DNA of 64,000 nt from Ostrea edulis (GCF_947568905.1 NC_079167.1:57226001-57290000), one strand, 5' to 3'; counted from the stretch's first letter, positions 23,445 through 36,732 are shown. The notes: a model not told the origin generated them from the sequence alone. Numbers and translations: made by a program.

Positions 23445-23705
23445 GATTGATTAATTGTTTTTCACTCATATTGAGACGTCACCAGTTGTAGGTGAAATAC
23501 CACAAATTCAGACCTATGCTTAGCGCCCAGGACCGTAGCAGTGGGGATTCTTTAACGTGCCAACGCCCACCACGACACGGGACCTCCGATTTTAAGGTCA
23601 TATCCGAAAGACCCATGATTCTCACTTCTAAATGCCGAGCGTTTGGCGAAGGAGCAATCACTTCTTATATTTATGTCTTAAGTTTGAAGCGGTCATGGCA
23701 CGAAG
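23445..23705 (-). mobile_element. tRNA-derived SINE, partial; same family at about 30810-31070, 38305-38613, 41270-41450 and 49350-49500
   Basis: Shared body gtcatatccgaaagacc..tga.tctcacttctaaatgccgagcgtttggcgaaggagcaatcact and tail ttcactcatat.gagacgtcacca next to a (tgat)n-like end. Confidence 0.75.
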
Positions 23706-24112
23706 ATTTAATTAAACAATGACAAAGATTACTGTCACGTGTCTATTCAAACAATCTTTCGTGCTGTATATTTTTTGTCCACAAAATAAGGGGAGGGGTG
23801 TTCTAGATTCCCCGTTGTAAAGGTTTCATATGCAATATATCGGAGTACATATTTATCCAACTGTATTGCCAGGGGCGACTCTAGGAATTGAATAAGGGGC
23901 GCTGCGTATTTTGTTACAACAGTACCGTGTATCTTGTCATACACCCCCTCACAAATATAAAATAATTCTTTGTTTCACGCTCTTTCAGTCTTTAACGTTA
24001 AACAGTTGCGTCTGAGTTATATACATCATATTGGGATTCCCCTGACGCGCGTCGGACTATGTATAGACGCCAAACATTTATGCTTACCCACTATATTTCA
24101 TCTTCATAACTA

Positions 24113-24691
24113 AAGGGTTATTGATTCGTTACCTCGCACTAACCCTTGACATCAGTCACCATTCGAAACATGAGTTTGGGACAGAGGAGGACGCAATAAG
24201 CTAAAATTAAATTATCCAATGAGATTCCTTGTTTAAGATGCAAGTTTGGCAAGATCAAAAACAGAAAGTAAACAATGGTCTTCGTGGGGTACTTTTCTTA
24301 ACATCATGAACATTGTATGTTGATTTTACATGTAACGTAGTTAATATATTTCAATTTTAAATAACTTGTTCAATTTGTTAAAACACAATCGACAAATATA
24401 CTTGGACAATCCATCGTTTTCATGCAGCTCGTGTTCTAAAACTTCGTCTAATTGTTTCTTTAAAAAAAAAAAATTAATTTCCGAAAATCAATCGACGGTC
24501 ACAAATCCTACAATATGTTGCTGATGTCGCGCCATGCGTGTTTAGTTTCGTTTTCGACCGATTATAAAAGCCGTTGTCTGATTGGCTGCACGCTACAGGA
24601 TGCAAACCAATCATATGCTCCGTCTCGATTTCATGTTTTGAATGGTGACTGATGTCAAGGGTTAGTTCGCGGTAACGAATCAATAACCCTT
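24113..24691. mobile_element. 579-bp MITE with 61-bp TIRs, possibly Kolobok-like
   Basis: 24113-24173 and 24631-24691 are inverted (58/61 by manual alignment); non-coding interior; target site degenerate. Confidence 0.85.
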
Positions 24692-24803
24692 GACTTGTAA
24701 AGATGCTATAGTTGACGTTTTAGATAATGTAAGGATTTTAAAGTTCTCCCAATAAAAGTACATATAACAATGAATCAAAAGATCTTGTCATTTATTTCTC
24801 TAA

Positions 24804-25952
24804 ACAAGAGTCCCACAGGACTTATCGGTCACCTGAATACTAGTGAAAAAGTATCACTACTTCCATGGGCAATGGAATCTAGAAAAAAAATTCCTGTTCT
24901 GAATATCTAAGCTAAATTCTAATGTTCAGCAACAGTATAAACAAGATGTGTTCTTAAAACTTCACTGCCCTCAAAAGTGCATACACCGATGAAAGGCTTT
25001 AAATAATAGGTGTATTAACATTAAAATATCAAAAGATATGACTAATTTGGACTCATCCTAAAGTCATAACCCTGAGTTATGAAATTCACCATTTTTTGTA
25101 TGCATTTAGATTTTATACAATATCAGCAAACTTACACATACATACTATATACTAAGTTTGGCCCCACCCTGGGGTCAGAACCCTTACTCTGGAGAAAATC
25201 AAATTTACAATTTTGGTAAAAGACTACTTGCTCTATCCATTTAGCATTATATACCAAGTTTGGCCCCGCCCTGCGGTCAGAACCCCTACCCCGGGGATCA
25301 TGAAATTTACAATCTACATGTATGTCCCCCTCGCTCCAAATATGTTTCATACCAAATAGGAAAAGAATTGGAATGATAGTTATCAAGAAGTTAAAAATGT
25401 CTACTGTTCACACATTTAATAACTGACCATTTTGGCCCCACCCTGATACCAAAACCCCTACCCCTGGGATCATCAAATTTACAATTTTGGTAAAGGACTA
25501 CCTGTTCTTTCTAAATATCTATTTACTTTCAATTTAGTATCAACAACACTAAAGAATATGTTATTTAAGTGTTTTACACATAAATACTATATACCAAGTA
25601 TGGCCCCACCCTGGGGTCAGAACCCCTACCCCCGGGGATCATGAACGTTACAATTTTGGTAGAGGCCTTCCTACTCTACATCACCATACATTTAGTTTTT
25701 CTTACATGTGTGTGGTTCTTGAGGAGATTTTTGAAAATTGGTCAATTTTGGGCAGTTTTTGGCCCGCCTTTAGGGCCCCAGGGATGCTGGAGTCCTGAAA
25801 GTTACAATTTATGTCCCCCTTGTCCCAATGATGCTTCATACCAAATTTGAAAAGAATTGGACTGGTAGTTATTAAGAAGAAGTTAAAAATGTTCAATTGT
25901 TAACGCACAACGGACGACAACCAATTGCAATAGGTCACCGGTTGATCTAAAA
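24804..25952. mobile_element. Non-autonomous Helentron-like element with ~170-190-bp subrepeats; second copy at 26820-27470
   Basis: 5' end aacaagag.cccacagg..tt..cggtcacctga; repeated ggccccaccctggggtcagaacccctaccccggggatcatgaaatttacaatt; 3' end ggacgacaaccaattgcaataggtcacc. Confidence 0.75.
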
Positions 25953-26302
25953 ATGATTGCTTCTTTTATCGTTTATTTTTTTTCTAAACAAGAGATCATG
26001 ATGACCTCAACTTTAAAGTTTTAGGGCAGGGACACATCTGGTGTCCTCCTTAAATCCGCCACTGATTTCTGCAGAATTGCATTAAAATCCAATTTAAAGA
26101 GTTAGGTAGTCTGGTGCCTTTACATTTTGAAAAATAAAGAGATGAAATAGTTTATTTATGGGGAAAATCTCTGGCACACAATTAGCTTTTGTGTGTCGCA
26201 CTATGGCCCCTGATGCCCCCTCTGGCTACATAATTTGCCTATGGCTGAGTCAGCAATTTTTGTTGTTGAAATATTTAGATTTGAACTATAAATTATGAAG
26301 TT

Positions 26303-26667
26303 TAAACGAATGTGATATTACTTTTTTCTTTTTCATTGAAGGGCCTCCGTGGCCGAGTGGTTAGAGCATCACGCTCAAAATCACACGCCCTCTTAAACGA
26401 ATGTGATATTACTTTTTTTTCTTTTTCATTGAAAGGCCTCCGTGGCCGAGTGGTTAGAGCATCACGCTCAAAATCACACGCCCTCTCAACTCTGTCGGCG
26501 CGGGTTCGAATCCCCGGTAAGCGAGAAAGTTTCCCAGTTTACTTTCGGAAGGTCGGTGATCTTCCCATGTACATTGGATCTGGGTTCTCTCTTCCACCAA
26601 TAAAAACTGGGCGCCACCATATAACTGAAAAATTGTTGAGTGTGGCGGAAAACATCAATCAATTTCA
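26303..26667 (+). mobile_element. tRNA-derived SINE with duplicated flank plus head
   Basis: 26303-26393 and 26394-26486 are near-identical; A-box tggccgagtggtta, B-box ggttcgaatcc, and tail ttccaccaataaaaactgggcgccaccatataactgaaaaattgttgagtgtggcg...catcaatcaat. Confidence 0.85.
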
Positions 26668-27751
26668 TTGAACCACAGGAACTGGTAATTTTGTCTGTGA
26701 TAATAATATTATGGGTATTTGCATGTACAATACCACCCCTAACAACAACAACAAAAACCACAAGGAATGAAACAAATTTTTTACTCAAAACTTAAAAATA
26801 CTTAAAATAGCTCTATAATTCTGCTTTAATCGTCACCCACCCTGGAGTCCTGAAATTTACAATTTATATCTCCCTTGTCCCAAAGATGCTTCGTATCAAA
26901 TTTGAAAAGAATTGGAATACGGTAGTTATCAAGAAGTTAAAAATTTTCATTGTTCACACATTTTAAAATAACTGATCATTTTGGGGCGACCCTAATACCA
27001 AAACCTCTACCCCTGGGGTCATCAAATTTACAATTTTAGTAAAGGACTACCTGCTCTTTCTAAATATTTATTTTGTTTCAATTTAGTATCAAAAGCACTA
27101 AAGAAGATGCTATTTAAGTGTTTCACAAATAAACACTATGTACTAAGTCTGGCCCTGTCCTGGGGTCAGAACCCCTACCTCAGGGACCAAGAAATTTACA
27201 ATTTTTGTAGAGGCCTTCCTGCTCTACATCACTATGCATTTAGTTTTTCTTACACATGCGGTTGTAGAGAAGAGTTTTGAAAATTGGTCAAATTCTGACA
27301 GTTTTTCTTCTGTCCCTTAAACCCCAGGGGTACAGGAGTCCTGAAATTTACAATTTATGTCCCCCTTGTCCCAAAGATGCTTCATATCAAATTTGAAAAG
27401 AATTGGAGTAGCAATTATCAAAAAGTTAAAAATGTTCATTTGTTAACGCACGACAACCAATTGCAATATTACAAAATTACAATTACAAAAACATACCGCA
27501 AACTTTGTTTACAAAACAAATAATAAGCTCTCCAAGATGAGCTTCTGTGATAATGTATAACCTTAATTTTTATGCGAAATCTTTTAAACACATTAGACAA
27601 TAGATTTTGATCATTAAACGTGAAAAACAGAATTTTGGGGAAAATCGTGAATCAGTCCCTTTAAAGTCCTTCTCGAGAATTTTTCACTCATATGGAGATT
27701 TCACCATTACCGGTGAAGGGATGCAAATTTTAGGCCTATGCTCGACACTTA

Positions 27752-27942
27752 CGTTCGGTAAAGTTTCCATCCATCAGATAGGTGGATTTTTTTTCCCGAA
27801 AAAAAGAAATACAAAAAAATATAGTTTATTCAAGGACTACTGCTCATATTTCTCATTAAAATATTTCATAGAAAATTTATTAAAGGTTTATACATCTATT
27901 CAAAGCTTTGGGTCCATAGATGAGTGGAAACTTTACCGAACG
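27752..27942. mobile_element. 191-bp MITE with 18-bp perfect TIRs, adjoining a truncated SINE
   Basis: CGTTCGGTAAAGTTTCCA / TGGAAACTTTACCGAACG; the SINE sequence from about 27660 stops at the left TIR. Confidence 0.8.
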
Positions 27943-29199
27943 AAAATATCAAGTGTACTTTGGGAGATATTTACATTCTGTTGAGATCCACTGCTTTGTT
28001 CTAGATAGGCATTTTTTTTAGTACTGTCCATTTCGGCAATGTTTTTTATATTCAATATACCTTATCAATTTGTTTCAAATACCTTTTTATATATATCCTG
28101 GTGTTCCTGGTTCCACAGATATGAGGATATTTTGAAAATCTATAAAGAATTAGCGGATATATTGTGGCTTTCATTCTTGTCACAACCTACATTTCGGCTT
28201 TTACACCTATCCGTTATAAATGAAAGTGTGTGAAAGGGGGATTGTGGGGATGTTTAAAACTTGTGTTAGCTTCGCAACCAGAAGGCCCGATGCTGCGTCA
28301 AACCTAAACCATTTAACATAGGTCGGGATTGTTCCTTCCCCAAGAACCCGGTATGTGAACTTAAAAACATAGGTCATTGTAGGAATTGGCATATTTAGTG
28401 TTCCATACGCACATGGGTCATTGCCTCAGGTGCAAATTTGCATCTATAAAAGACAAAAAGTCTCGGTAAATGAAATTCGACATCAGATTATCCTCAACAA
28501 GTTTTACCGCATTTAATTAAGGTAATTGTCCATACCACATTAAAATTGATAACATTGGATGCACTTGTTTCGGACATCCGGGCGACGATCCGGTTCACTT
28601 TTATTACACGACATCTTGGCTCGGTATGTTTTGCAGAAACGAGTAAAAAATCTGCCGAATTTTTTTTATCAAAATGTATAAACAATGATCATGTGTTTTT
28701 CAAAGAACATCTGCAAAACAGATTTCATAAACTGCACACTATGTCAGTAAGCTGCAACTTCCAAGGAGTGTTGATCTTATCGTGCAAACAGAAATAAAAA
28801 TGCCGGAAAAGTTATAACTATTACCTCATAATTCTAACTGAATTTTTTCAATGAATGAAAATACCTCAGTTTTCCGACACATTGTTTTCCATGTGCCCGC
28901 TCTAAATTTATCGGGCAATCCTGGCTAATTTCCGATCGACCGGTGGCTTAAAAATACTTGAAACAAGTTACTAAATGTACCCGCTTCCGGAAGTATCAAC
29001 CGACTTGTCCCATAAACCATAAGCTAGGAATAGATACACTCTTAAATAACTTTTTTCAAAAATTCTACACCTTTAAGATAAGTTAAATATCAAATGCACA
29101 ATAAATTCATTTAAGTTATCATTGCATACCGATGGCCATTCGAATAGCCGCGAATAGCTAACCATGCCGGAACCATAATTGTAATACAACCTGGAATAA

Positions 29200-29283
29200 G
29201 TTGTATTTTATAGTTCCGGTCGGAACTCGAGCTACCCGGAAGTTGTGTTTTATGGTTCCGGTCGGAACTCAAGCTACCCGGAA
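29200..29283. repeat. Two-copy 42-bp tandem repeat containing a GTTCCG/CGGAAC inverted pair
   Basis: 29200-29241 and 29242-29283 differ at three positions; an inverted partial copy lies at about 29167-29190. Confidence 0.85.
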
Positions 29284-29572
29284 CCAGAATATTGTTGGCA
29301 ATGATTCATGACATCATTACTCCATACATAAAGCTAAGTCTTCATAGCATTTATCAATGTTGCTGATGTATATAGCAAGACAGTCTTTCTGATCTTAGAT
29401 CTCCTACAATTATCTCATTCGGTAAAAGCATGTTTCACCCTTAATGAAACATTCATGATGTATTCAATACACAGTCACTGCATTCTAATGTTTGGTATAT
29501 AGCCACAGTAACGCACTACACTCTGTATATATGATACTGTTGGTCTTCTTTTATCTAAATAATAAAATGTTT

Positions 29573-29680
29573 TCTTTGGTTTGTTAACCGGGATATAAAG
29601 GTCGCAAACATTGCAGAAAAAATGCATAGCCCGCGTCTGCAATATTTGCGACCTCCATCTCCCGTTTAACAAACCAAAGA
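29573..29680. repeat. 45-bp imperfect inverted repeat (40/45), 18-nt spacer
   Basis: 29573-29617 versus 29636-29680, manual alignment. Confidence 0.85.
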
Positions 29681-31396
29681 TATTATATATAGATATTATT
29701 AACCTGTAAGTTATTTAAACATTTACGACTGAAAATCACTTGACCTTGACTTGTCTCCATATTTGGTAATTATTTCTGTATTTGAACGATGGTAATGGGG
29801 AATAGTCCTAGACGAATCCTGAATTTCTCAAATAAACCATTGTATAAATTAGGTTTGAACCGTTATTCATTATTCTAAATTCAATAAGACGTAAAAAAAA
29901 AAACCAAAAAAAAAAAAAAAAAAAAAAAAACCCCTAGAAAACATCTTTCAACAATGCCGCGTAATAGGTTTCAGAGTCCGTAGAATGTGTATATTCACAC
30001 GAAGACAGACGACACTCAAAACCGGATCTAACTACATGTAGATTGAAACAAAATATGTCTTCATAGTTGCAAATGACAAGCTATGAATTTCAACAGAATA
30101 CACACAGTGAAATGGCTGAAATAATGCCAAAATGGTGTAAAACCACAACCAATCAAGTACAGTAAATGTAAATGTTGCATCTTTGTTAATAAACAGTCTA
30201 ATCCAATGACGACATACAAAGTAGTTAAAGTTTGTGAAGTGTTCTGGAATAACAGGTCTGTACTAAAAAAAAAGTACTATAATTAAATCAGTTCATTTTC
30301 GATTTAGGTTCTTCTGGTGGAAATAGGAAGCAAGCAATTCTTTTAATAAAAATGATTTTAAAATAAATTCAAATGTTAAACAAAGTTATCACGTGACTTA
30401 CCTTTGGAAAGGTCTTGGGTCGTATCTTTCAAAAATGATAATTTCACGACTGTGGGTGGATCTCATGAGTGTGGATGGGGCTAGACGTGGTCAAAATATA
30501 AACGTTTGGAAAAATAACCATGTGATATATTGTTGGAAGGGTCTTGCAGAGTAGAGTTTGAAAACTGGACAGACAGTGTTTGACCTCATCACACATGTAA
30601 GAGTAACCCTGGTGATTTCTGAGGCTGTCAGTGTTCAGCCATTTTTCGGATCGGTTCAGGAAACAAAACAAATGCAATCATCAATTTCTAATGCATTCTA
30701 TTCACGAAAATAATAAGAAATATTTATTTACAGACGGCATTATGTACAAAATATCAGGCAACATAAGCTCTCAAGAGCTTTTTTAATCGACTATAACTCA
30801 AGGTGAGGTACTACAAATTAAAACCTATGCATGGCGCTTACGGTCGTAGTGGTAGGGATTCTTAAACGTGCCAACGTCTGTCGCAATACGAGGCCTCCGT
30901 TTTTAAGATCATATCCGAAAGACCTGTGACTCTCACTTCTAAATGCTGAGCGTTTGGCGAAGCAGCAATCACCGTCTATGCTTATGTCTCAGGTTTAAGT
31001 GGGACTCGTACGCACGATTTCACGGTCACGAAGCGAACGCTCTACCACTGAGCTACCGCGATCATACTTCAAAATTTTTCAGACTGTGAGTACTTTGTTA
31101 AAAACTTCTTACCCCCCCCCCTTTCTTAGAAAATTAAAGTATATCCACCCTTGCGATTTCTTTGCACATGTCGCCATGTTTTGCTTTACTGTTACCGATA
31201 ATACATGGACTTTCATTGGTTAGAATATCATTGATAAAAAATATCGAACCAATTATACCGCATGTATCAAACAAAATGGGGTATTGTAAAATGTAAACAA
31301 AACCGAACCGAAATCCGGAAAATACCAACCGAACCAAAACTATTTTTACCGCGGTTAACCGACTTTTTGGTTAACCATGACAGCACTAGACCTAGT

Positions 31397-31662
31397 GGTT
31401 GGTTGTATATTGTTTAACATCCCTCTCGAGATCGAATCTCACTCATAGGGAGACGTCATCATTGTCGGTGAAGGGCTGCAAAATGTAGGCCTGTGCTCGG
31501 CACTTATGGCCTTTGAGCAGGGAGGAATCTTTATCGTGACACACTTACTGTGACACGGGATATCGGATTTTGTGGTCTCATCCGAAGGACCGCCCCATTT
31601 ATTCGCCTCTTACGACAAGCAAGCGATATTGAGGACCTATTTTAATCCGGATCCCTACGGGA
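31397..31662 (-). mobile_element. SINE, second family; also about 34445-34625 (-) and 37325-37562 (+)
   Basis: Shared ggtgaagggctgcaaaat.taggcct.tgctcggc.ctta.ggcctttgagcaggga.g.atctttatcgtg.cacac and ctcatccgaaggaccgccccattta.tcgcctcttacgacaagca...ggatccc.acggg. Confidence 0.8.
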
Positions 31663-33137
31663 TGACAGCACTAGTGACTTCTATCCATCATACTCATAGT
31701 TGATCTTAACAAGGTTCACCAACTAATCACAACAACCTGTCTCTGATTTTCTTTTACAAAAGGTCAGAAAACAATATTTGTAAAATGAAAACCCCGATGA
31801 TTTTTTGCTGTTTGACCCAAACATGAATTAATTAAGCAATTTACTAATATACATGTAGAATAATCAGTCTATGTAGTTATTAAGGTCTGTCTATAGATCG
31901 GTCGGACAAGTGATGCGAAAATTTTGTTTTATTTGTATGTTGTTTTAAGTTCTATTCGAGAATGTTTCACTCATAAGACGTCACCTGCTGAGAGTGCAAC
32001 AAAATATGACCTATGCATGATTCTCAAGGCCGCAGTATTGAGGAATCTTTCCAACAAGTTGCCAACAACTAACGTTTTTGAAGTCAGGACTCCTGACTTT
32101 CACTTCAAATGTCGGATGCTTTGGGAATGAATGAATAGTCACTACCCATAAATTACGTGTTAAGTTTGTCAAGGCGCCGGGATCGAGAATCCACCCCCGA
32201 CCCTCCCAGTCTATATAGCGTCCTAATTACCACTCTGCTACCGTGACCAGTGACGTGAGAATTAATATCTATAAAATGACACCAACCGACATATGTAAAT
32301 CAAACATATCTCCGTCGTTTTGAAGATAACATGAACAATAAATTAATCTAGAATTATTTTAAAATCACATTCCTCTTAACCGTGGCTGATGCAAATCGTG
32401 GGATATAGTAGCATGTGATACGGACAAAATAAAATTATCAGTATCTTTGCGAGAGAGTGCGGAAAATCTATATCAAATTCCTGACGGATCATAAGTTGGC
32501 TGGCGCCCCCAAGGCTTTGATTTTTTGAGGGGATTTTTTCTCCTGCTGTGGTCTTTCTAACACACATGCTATTCTGGGTTAAACTTGTTTCTAAATGATG
32601 TTGCAGTCCGGAGTGTGCATAAGCGTTTTCTCATTAATGTCTACGTTACCTGTTTGTCATTTAGTTGAAAATATAAATTTTAAATAAAATGAAAGGAGAC
32701 GTAGTTGAAAATTATGGTTCTTACATGTATTAATAACCAATGTGATATCAACATGAAGGGATAGTTTCTTGTTATTTTTTCGAATTTGATAACACAGCCT
32801 ATTGATTTCTATTTGACCCTTTAAAATGATTATGAACAGGAAAATAGTCCGCCAGAATTACTTCCCTGCGATTGGTTTAGTACATATTACCGCCCCCTGG
32901 GGAGCCACTAAACGATCATCTATTATTCTATCGGGAAATTACGCCGAATTGTTAACCAGAATCACACCAATTAAATCAACATATCTTGTATTTCCTTTCA
33001 AAAAAAGGAACGTTATTATATAGCAATATAGTAATTGAAATTGGGAAAATTGAAAATGTTCAAGCATATCAATAAATACTGTTCTTCAATGTAGGGGAAG
33101 AAAACCAGTCCCGATTCTGTAGTTCTCTGGCGTTTGT

Positions 33138-33230
33138 TCTGTGAGGCAGCAATCTTCAGTGTTCACTTGGTGCTGAGTTTGTTCGATCTGTGAGGCAGCA
33201 ATCTTCAGTGTTCACTTGGTGCTGAGTTTG
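33138..33230. repeat. 44-bp perfect direct repeat, period 49
   Basis: tctgtgaggcagcaatcttcagtgttcacttggtgctgagtttg at 33138-33181 and 33187-33230. Confidence 0.9.
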
Positions 33231-33399
33231 ACCACCTGTATTTCTTCAGTTACATGGTCTGAAGCATTTCCCTAATTAACAAAACATATTTTTGTTACCT
33301 CATATTACATTTCCTGTTGACCTCGAACTGAATATGCAGTAAATACATTTGGGTCGGAATTACGTAACTTTCGCTGCTCTGTTCAGTGTGATTCTTTTT

Positions 33400-33404
33400 A
33401 GCTT

Positions 33405-33440
<36 letters not shown>

Positions 33441-33490
33441 TCTGCTTGTCGTCTGTCCGTCTGTAAACTTTTGACATTTTTGTCTTCTTC

Positions 33491-33525
<35 letters not shown>

Positions 33526-33956
33526 AAAAAGCATTCACGAGTAAAGGGCTTTCGAGTTTGCTCAAATGAAGGGCCATGTCTCTTCAAAGGGAAGATAGTC
33601 ACAAAATGTGGGGTCATTAAAAATCTTCTTCTCAAGAACCACTGGGCCAGAAGAGCTGAAATTTTCATGAAAGCTTTCTGACATAGTGCAGATTAAAGTT
33701 TGATAAAATTATGGCCCCAAGGGTAAGGTGGAGCCACAATAGAGGATCAAAGTTTTACATACAGATATATAGAGGAAATCTTTCAAAAACTTCTTCTCAA
33801 GAACCATCGGACCAGAGAAGTTTACATTTACATGAAAGCTTCCTGTCACAGTGAATATTTAAGTTTGTAAAAACCATGGCCCCGAGGGTAGGCTGGGGCC
33901 ACAATAATTTTACATGCGAATATATAGGGAAACTCTTTAAATAATGGCAAAGGTGA

Positions 33957-33990
<34 letters not shown>
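33400..33990. mobile_element. Near-complete Helentron-like element with ~165-bp satellite monomers
   Basis: Begins ttttagcttacctgagctgaaagctcaagtgagcttttctgatcg, contains ctcaagaaccactgggcca monomers, ends aaggtgactcaggtgagcgatgtggcccatgggcctcttgtt. Confidence 0.8.
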
Positions 33991-33992
<2 letters not shown>

Positions 33993-34458
33993 TGATTTGC
34001 ATTTGCATTCTCAACATATTACATCTATTTAAAAATCATTTATCCCCACGCTACGGAGTTGGGTGCGCAAAGCCGATATAAATTTATATGTTCCGCTATA
34101 CATACTCATAATTCTACGTTTTATTTAACTAATCATATATAAAACGTTTACAAATCTTTCTTCAGATACATTTAAAGTCTACCGAGTCACTCAGATGAAT
34201 GTCCGCCGTCGTGATGTTTGGAATATTTTCAACTTCTTATCAGAAACTACTTGACCATTTGTCATCAGAATATGGATTGTGACATTTTTAGGGATAGGGG
34301 AACCATTCTGAAAGATTGTGGTCACTGCTTTAGGGATGGAGCCAAAACTTTCAAAAAGATACAATTTTAGATTGTTTAAATATACATTGTAGCAGTATAT
34401 ATAACTATCATATAAGCATAAAAGCCTTTTATAAAGATTTTCATTGATAGTTTTTTTC

Positions 34459-34492
<34 letters not shown>

Positions 34493-34935
34493 CAGGGTGA
34501 GTTTTATGATCGCGCCGCACCTGCTGTGACACAGAGCCTCGGTTTTTAGCCGTCTCATCCGAGTGATCGCTCCATTTAGTCGTCTCTTACTGAGCACCTA
34601 TTCTAACGCGGATCCCCATGGGACTACAAAAGTACACAGACCCGGAGTTAATGGTTCAGGCCCCAGGGCAAAGATACGTGAAATTGGACATATAAACGCA
34701 ATATTTCAAATCTTTTGAAATTTTCATCTTCACTCCTAAAAATATAGCAGACAAACAAAGTCTATATTTATGATAAACGTACTGAGAGTAGTATATTGTC
34801 AACATTAACAAGACGGAATACCGTGCAATCAACCACAAATTTGATAAAAGGAGAAAATGATATTAGATCTTGTACGGCTATGTGGACTCGGGGTTTTCTT
34901 TGAGTCCGCTTTCTGTAAGGTTTGATCTGGTCGGT

Positions 34936-34971
34936 TCGGCCAGCTAGATGGCTAACGGCAGTCGGTTTTAA

Positions 34972-35013
<42 letters not shown>

Positions 35014-35095
35014 GGCCAGCTAGATGGCTAACGGCAGTCGGTTCTAAAGATATATATCGGCCAGCTAGATAGCTAACGGCGGTCGGTTCTAAAGA
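34936..35095. repeat. Three-copy ~39-bp minisatellite with a (TA)n expansion after unit 1
   Basis: tcggccagctagat.gctaacggc.gtcggtt.taaaga at 34936, 35012 and 35057. Confidence 0.9.
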
Positions 35096-36732
35096 ACGGC
35101 AATGGCTGCAAGATATCATGTTAGATAGATCCCTATTTGATATCTCATCAGGAGATTGCAGACAGGAAGACTGGGAAAACGGAAGTAGAAATCCAACTAA
35201 TGACAGCTTTGCTTAACGCTTTGAAAATTCATACTCATAGTTCCAGGGCTAGGCTTCGCAACAGAACTAAATAGGCTATATACAAAAAATAAACATGTAA
35301 CAGACACACTGAGACCATAATTAACATGATATTCACATTTCTACCAAAATTCTGATTCCTGGTACAGACTCCAGCCAGAACGGGGTCACATGGGTCAAAA
35401 CATCGAGCTAACTAACTGGAATCACTGTCACAGGACCTGCAAGCTAAGTTAAGACAATATCATTTAGAAAATCACCATGTCTTTCCACCTACCAAAGCTG
35501 AAGAATTGTACCTCTAAGAGAAAATATTGGGACATATATTTTCTCAGAGTGCTACAATTCTGCAGCTACAATTGCATTTTACTTTGATTTATTTGGAAAA
35601 AGATTACAAAATCAGATTTGTTGCTTATCACCAGAACATGTTTTATATCCCTGAGCTAGTGTCATCAAAAGCCCTTTTGATTTACATTGTATGGCCGTTA
35701 AAGCACTCGGACTTTTGTTTATTGTCTAATACTTACTCATGGTTATCTGATTAATAATCTAGCCAGCGCATACCACCACCAGAAACCTTGGATTTTAAGA
35801 TTGCATGTCATGAGTTTGAATCCCACTTGCAATATTTGGTCGCATGAAACACAAGACGTAAAATGGATAGTGACTGCTCCTACGAGGGTCGAGGGTCTTT
35901 CAGTTATAATGCTTTAAAATCAGAGGTCCCCGAGTTACAACTGGCGTTGGCATGTTAAAGAAACCTCACTGCTACGTCCTTAAAAGCCATGCATTGTCTA
36001 AATTTGTGGCACCTCACTTAAAGATCGTGACATTTCGATATGAATGAACAATTCTTCAAGGGACATAATCAAACCCTAATTACATCCGATAAACCCGTGT
36101 TTTTCATTTCTTATTCCGAGAATTTGGTTCACGAACTATTTGAAAGTCTTTGGTTTGACCATGGATTTGAACTAACGAACACACATCAACTACAGAGTGC
36201 GTTCACAAACTCAAAATCGATCTCTTACATGTACGATACGAACTTTCCACTAACTGCGCTCAGAAAACTACTATCTGCTCTATAGCCGCGAGATGTTTCG
36301 TAGACACCATTTAAAGCTTTAGAAGGATTTTGATATAAATCGTATATTACAGAATATGTAATTATGCTGTTTTATCAACAATAGAAATGTGGAGTTTTAA
36401 TAAGATATACAGATATTCAAAGATTAAAGGGTAAAACACGTACCCATTTCCAGATTGTCATGAATGAAAACAACAGGATAGTAATAGTTTTAAAAATTGC
36501 TTTTTAGCCTAAGTGTAAAGCATTTGTCGTGAATTATGATATCACCCAGAGTCAATCAGGAAAAAAAAAGTATTCTCGATAAAAATTGATGGAATTTGAG
36601 ACAAAAATCAAAGGCATACGATCCAGGTCAATTAGTAGTTGACCTTGTAGTAATTGATATAAGGACATGTTTTTCGTTATACATATTTATGTGTATGATT
36701 CTTTTTAACGTCAAGCGCCTGTGATTTTCTCC

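Noticed and set aside
30388-30677. Minus-strand exon ending at a strong AAAG|gtaagt donor
   Set aside because: All three frames contain stops within about 100 nt of the donor and I recognise no homolog.
35100-35520. Protein-like plus-strand segments (QDLQAKLRQYHLENHHVFPP)
   Set aside because: Interrupted by stops and not assignable; possibly an old retroelement, but I cannot support a call.
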